Positions 60,341 to 64,000 of a stretch of 64,000 nucleotides of DNA are shown piece by piece. Both the position numbers and the translations under genes were made by a program. Where the stretch lies: NCBI GenBank assembly GCA_963832205.1, contig CAWHTK010000009.1, positions 13,056-77,055 of the forward strand. The letters are read 5' to 3'. The stretch comes from Blastocatellia bacterium. Lineage in GTDB: Bacteria > Acidobacteriota > Blastocatellia > UBA7656. Numbering within the stretch: the stretch's first letter is position 1; each line of letters opens with the position of its first letter. The notes below the pieces were generated by a model. It had not been told where the DNA came from. It saw nothing but the letters and a program-made list of their open reading frames with translations, and made no database searches.

Positions 60341-60376
60341 CCAAAACGAAAAAGCCAGCTCGAAATTGAGCTGGCT
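60341..60376 (-). terminator. rho-independent terminator (minus strand; A-tract makes it potentially bidirectional)
   Basis: Minus-strand reading: AGCCAGCTC-AATTTC-GAGCTGGCT followed by TTTTCGTTTTGG. About 25 nt after the stop at 60402. Confidence 0.8.
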
Positions 60377-60401
60377 TTTAAGCGTTTAAAGTCTGCGATC
60401 T

Positions 60402-61448
60402 TTACTGCTTGGTTGAAGCGGTATTGCTCGCTCCGGACGCGCCGGGCGGCGTCGAGTTGGCGCGATGCTGATCGATGAGCTTCTGATATCCATCCGGCGA
60501 ATCGGGATGGCGGAACTTATATAGCTCCTTGAGCGCGTTCGTCACCTCAGCGCGCATCGCCGGCGGGAATGCCGCATTATTTGACGCGGCGGTCAGGCCC
60601 AGGAAGCGCGCCCAGCAATCTATGACCGCGTCGGCCTCTTTATTTAGCGCGTCGAGCGCCGCCTTAACGTCGGGCTCCATGCTCTCGGGCGCGACCTTGC
60701 GCTTGTCCTCGGGGATGGCGTTGTACTTGTCGAAAGCCGCGCCGTACTTCACCTGATGTAGGCGCCCGCACTCGAAATAGTACGCCGGGTTGGTCGGCTC
60801 GAACTGCGCCGCCTTGACGTAATACTCCAGCGCCTTGTCCGGGTTGCTGCGGTTCTTGTCCTCTATCATGGCGAGCGTCTGGTAGAGAAAGCCGAGCGTC
60901 TGGCCCTTGGTCTGGTTAAACTTCACGGGGTCCGCGCCCGACGGGATCTTGCCCGCTTCGATCAGGTCGGCCGTGCGCTTTGTAAACTCGGTCGCCTCGG
61001 CCGCGTGGGAAAAGTTCGGAGGGCTGGCAACAAGCTCTTTCTGGCGAATCTGGACGGCGAGGGCCGTCACGATATCGATCTCTTTGCTCGGATCCGCGGC
61101 GATGATCTCACGACCACGGCGAATCATCTCGTTGATGTTGCCATCCTTCACCGCGATCTGAAACAGGGCCAGGCGCGCCTGCGGTATGATCGTCTTTACG
61201 GAGTTCGCGTACTTGCTGTTTGGAAAATTCTTGACGAAGGGCTCGCCAAGCTCAATCGTCTTGACGTGGTCCTTAGCTTTATATGCAGCATACCATGCGG
61301 AATACGCTTCAAATTCCGCTTTAGCCTGCTCCGGGTCTTGCTGCGCGGCGGGCTGTCCGGCGGGCTGCTGTGTCTGAGCGAGGGCGAAGGGCACTGACAG
61401 CGCCGCTATCAGCGTGAGGGCCGCCATCATTAGTATCAACCTTTTCAT
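60402..61448 (-). CDS. secreted helical-repeat (TPR-like) hypothetical protein
   Basis: ATG after GGAGGAG. Signal peptide MKRLILMMAALTLIAALSVPFALAQ. Q/P-rich linker, then helical repeats. Confidence 0.65.
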   Translation of the reverse strand: MKRLILMMAALTLIAALSVPFALAQTQQPAGQPAAQQDPEQAKAEFEAYSAWYAAYKAKDHVKTIELGEPFVKNFPNSKYANSVKTIIPQARLALFQIAVKDGNINEMIRRGREIIAADPSKEIDIVTALAVQIRQKELVASPPNFSHAAEATEFTKRTADLIEAGKIPSGADPVKFNQTKGQTLGFLYQTLAMIEDKNRSNPDKALEYYVKAAQFEPTNPAYYFECGRLHQVKYGAAFDKYNAIPEDKRKVAPESMEPDVKAALDALNKEADAVIDCWARFLGLTAASNNAAFPPAMRAEVTNALKELYKFRHPDSPDGYQKLIDQHRANSTPPGASGASNTASTKQ

Positions 61449-63411
61449 TTGAGAAAACTCCTCCTAAAGCTTTTATAATCCGAGCGTGCTCGAAAAGAAA
61501 CTCTCTACCGACTGCATTGTGCTGTTGAATTGCCGCAACTCTAGGATGCTCTACTAGCAGTTGGAGTTGCTGACCGCCGCACACGGGAAAAACTCCATTT
61601 TCATAGTCGCACGCGCCGACGATTCTTGTCAAGGTATAGCTATCTGACGCCTCTCCGACCGGACGCGCGCGCGCGGGCTCGGCCTGCAATTCCCCCGATA
61701 AACTCGTTATAAAACGGTACAAATCAGGGTCTCGCGCCATTAGCTCCTGCCTCGTGTGACGCGCGGTCACGCCCGCCGACGGGCGCTTTCGCTCGGACAC
61801 GAAAGCCTCGTAGCCCTGGGCAAAGTATTCGTACTCGTTCGCGGCGGCGTAATAATCGAGCGCGCGCCCCTCGCGCCGCGCGCGCTCAAAGAGCCGGGAG
61901 ACCGCGCGCAGCTCATCTTTTCCCATTGCTATCATATGCACCTGGTGCGCGAACTCGTGCGCTATGGTATGAAACCCGCCGCGCGCCGCCATACCGATAT
62001 ACTCTATGCCCGATACGGTGATTCGCCCCCCGACGCCGCGTATGCTGGCATAGAATCGCCCGTCGAAAGTCTTCGCTTCGGCCATCGAAGCGAGGTCCCG
62101 TATCTCGACCGTGCGCTCGTCGTAGCCGAGCAGGTAGTGGCGCGCGCCTTTTTGCGTGAGCGCGGGCAGGAAGCGCGCGAGAGGGGCGACCGCCCTGTCG
62201 ATGACTGCACGCTCGCGAGGCGCTAGCGGCGCGTAGTCGGGAAATATCTCGCGCGTCAGTTCGAGCCCCGGCCCCGCGCCCTGCTTGTAAAACATGGCTT
62301 CGAAGTCCGCCGCGCCTATGTCGATCCTCGCCCGCTCCTGCATGCCGCGATGAGCGTAGCTCAGTTCCATGTGGGCGACCGCCCCTTCGGGGTCTATCCC
62401 AACCGCGGCCATCGCCGCCTCGGCCGCGCGCTCCCACTCGCCCTGCCTCAACCTGATGTCGCTCAAGGCGACCAGCGCGCGGTAATATCGCGGCTCGAGA
62501 GCAATCGCGGCCTCAAGCTCGCCGCGGGCCTCGGCCGTCAGACCCCGCCTCTTTAACGCGCGCCCGCTCTCATAATGCTTGCGGGCCGCGCTCGATACGT
62601 CTTGCAGGTAACCTGCCTGGCCGTCGATGTATTGCGAGAGCAGCCGCCGCGCCGCCGCGTTGAACGGATCGAGCGAAACCGCGAGCCGCGCGAGCGCCCG
62701 GGCCTCGTCAGCCTTGCGTTCGGTCGCCTTGATAAAAGCGAGCGTGTGATGGGCCTCCGAATCATAAGGATCGATCTTTATGGCGCGCTCGGCCTCAACG
62801 CCCGCTTCCGTGATTTGATTGAGTTCTAGAAGCGCCCTCGCAAGCAGAGTACGCGCCCGCGCGCTATTTGGATTGCTCGCGGTCCAAAGGCCGAGCCGCG
62901 CCCGCGCGCTTTGATAATCGCGATCAAGCAGGTCGGCTTCCGCGCGGCCCGTGTTGGCGGCCTCGCTCAGGGGATCGAGACGAAGGGCGCGGTCTAAAAA
63001 CAGGCGCGCGCGCGCGGGGTCTTCGGCGGCCAGGTATATCTGGCCGTACTCGGCGAGCGCGGCGGCCGAATCGGGGCGGCTCTTGAGCGCGCGTTTGACG
63101 AACTCTTGCGCGGCGGCGTAATCGAGCCTGGCGCGAGCCACGCGAGCCAGCCCCACTAGCGCGCGGAGGTTCGAGCGGTCAAGGCCGAGCGCCCGGTGAA
63201 AAGCTTCGGCCGCGCCGGTCGTATCGGCTCGTCGGCGCAACTGCTCGCCACGCTCGGCAAGCTCATCGGCCGAAGCCGCGCCGGTACCCTGAGAGCCTGA
63301 CACCTGAAAGCCTGAGCCCCGCGCGGCAGAAGCCAGGGCGTGAAGACCGCAAGCAAACAGGCACAGGCTTAAAGCGAGCGCCCTCGATTTTTGCCGCGTT
63401 ACACTCATCAT
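61321..63411 (-). CDS. secreted TPR-repeat protein with C-terminal HExxH zinc-peptidase-like domain; 3' end doubtful
   Basis: Signal peptide, at least 8 TPR-like repeats (A..F.RAL.LDP...), then FHTIAHEFAHQVH. The last ~110 codons run through a low-GC, promoter/RBS-like spacer and 128 nt into the next gene. The real stop is probably near 61640-61660. Confidence 0.7.
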   Translation of the reverse strand: MMSVTRQKSRALALSLCLFACGLHALASAARGSGFQVSGSQGTGAASADELAERGEQLRRRADTTGAAEAFHRALGLDRSNLRALVGLARVARARLDYAAAQEFVKRALKSRPDSAAALAEYGQIYLAAEDPARARLFLDRALRLDPLSEAANTGRAEADLLDRDYQSARARLGLWTASNPNSARARTLLARALLELNQITEAGVEAERAIKIDPYDSEAHHTLAFIKATERKADEARALARLAVSLDPFNAAARRLLSQYIDGQAGYLQDVSSAARKHYESGRALKRRGLTAEARGELEAAIALEPRYYRALVALSDIRLRQGEWERAAEAAMAAVGIDPEGAVAHMELSYAHRGMQERARIDIGAADFEAMFYKQGAGPGLELTREIFPDYAPLAPRERAVIDRAVAPLARFLPALTQKGARHYLLGYDERTVEIRDLASMAEAKTFDGRFYASIRGVGGRITVSGIEYIGMAARGGFHTIAHEFAHQVHMIAMGKDELRAVSRLFERARREGRALDYYAAANEYEYFAQGYEAFVSERKRPSAGVTARHTRQELMARDPDLYRFITSLSGELQAEPARARPVGEASDSYTLTRIVGACDYENGVFPVCGGQQLQLLVEHPRVAAIQQHNAVGREFLFEHARIIKALGGVFSNEKVDTNDGGPHADSGAVSALRPRSDTAARRTARRAARPGAG

Positions 63412-63412
63412 C

Positions 63413-63985
63413 TCAACTACCCTGCCCGGCGCTTTTCAATCCGACTTCGTCGGCCGCTTCGCGCAGCGCCGCGATTATAAAATCTATATGCTCGCCGAGG
63501 TCGACTTCTAACTCGACCGCGCCTTCATAGACCTCGTCACGGTTCACGGTGCGAGCGAACGCTTTGTCCTTTAGCTTCTTTTTGACCGAGCGCGATTCGA
63601 GGTCCCAGATGCCGTTCGGCCTGACGAGCGCGCACGCGACCACAAACCCGGTCAGCTCGTCCGTAGCATACAACGCGCGCGCAAGCAGCGTGTCGCGCGC
63701 CACACCGGTGTAGTTCGCGTGCCCGAATATGGCGCGGCGCACCTCTTCGCTATAGCCGCGCTCGGCCAGTATCTCGGAGCCCTTCAGGGGATGATCCGGC
63801 GGCTCCGGGTACATCTCGTAATCGAAGTCATGGAGCATGCCGGTGACGCCCCACTTCTCCTCGTCTTCATCCAGGCGACGCGCGTAAGCGCGCATCACCG
63901 CTTCGACGGCCAGCGCGTGCTTTCTGAGCGATTCGCTACTGGTGTATTCGCAAAGCAATTTCCAGGCATCCTCGCGTGTTGGCAT
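63413..63985 (-). CDS. HD-domain phosphohydrolase
   Basis: RKHALAVEAVMRAYA...GMLHDFDYE (H...HD motif) and HAN. The stop lies 1 nt before the start of the TPR gene. Start at MPTRED (63985) or two codons earlier (63991). Confidence 0.75.
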   Translation of the reverse strand: MPTREDAWKLLCEYTSSESLRKHALAVEAVMRAYARRLDEDEEKWGVTGMLHDFDYEMYPEPPDHPLKGSEILAERGYSEEVRRAIFGHANYTGVARDTLLARALYATDELTGFVVACALVRPNGIWDLESRSVKKKLKDKAFARTVNRDEVYEGAVELEVDLGEHIDFIIAALREAADEVGLKSAGQGS

Positions 63986-64000
63986 ACGCAAAAAGATAAA

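Overview
All calls below come from reading the sequence and ORF translations by eye. No searches or computations were run.

The window is a strongly GC-rich (not computed) bacterial chromosomal segment. It looks most like Acidobacteriota: three tandem VWFA-related 'acidobacterial' domain proteins, Gram-negative envelope genes, and a TolB-like/TPR Ser/Thr kinase.

Gene content is core housekeeping:
- plsC, a TonB-dependent receptor, livF, dodecin, rsmG, serS and pgeF.
- A rluD-lgt-lspA-ileS block on the minus strand.
- A YtxH/DUF948-like stress pair.
- An FHA-FHA-ABC exporter and a ZIP transporter.
- A complete dcw cluster (mraZ-rsmH-ftsL-ftsI-murE-murF-mraY-murD-ftsW-murG-murC-ftsQ-ftsA-ftsZ, without murB or ddl).
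- A Kgd/OdhA-type fused E2-E1 2-oxoglutarate dehydrogenase.
- An S41 peptidase, the lepB-rnc pair, and TPR/HExxH proteins.

I saw no transposase, integrase, phage gene, CRISPR array, tRNA or rRNA, and no obvious defence island.

Two things stand out beyond standard annotation:
1. Families of AT-rich hairpin elements built from heptad repeats (GGATTTT-type and TTTGAGATTTGAAAT-type cores, often flanked by GGTCAGG...ATCT inverted arms) sit exactly at gene junctions. Four of these junctions are inside the dcw operon.
2. At least 19 apparent single-base frameshifts break conserved and mostly essential genes (serS x4, kgd x5, ileS, murF, murD and others). The most likely cause is uncorrected assembly indels, not real pseudogenes.

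Smaller points:
- A candidate 6S-like structured RNA.
- A perfect sigma-54 promoter in front of a small secreted protein.
- A textbook Pmra promoter with three 10-bp-phased MraZ boxes.
- Actinobacteria-style FHA/STPK/Kgd components.
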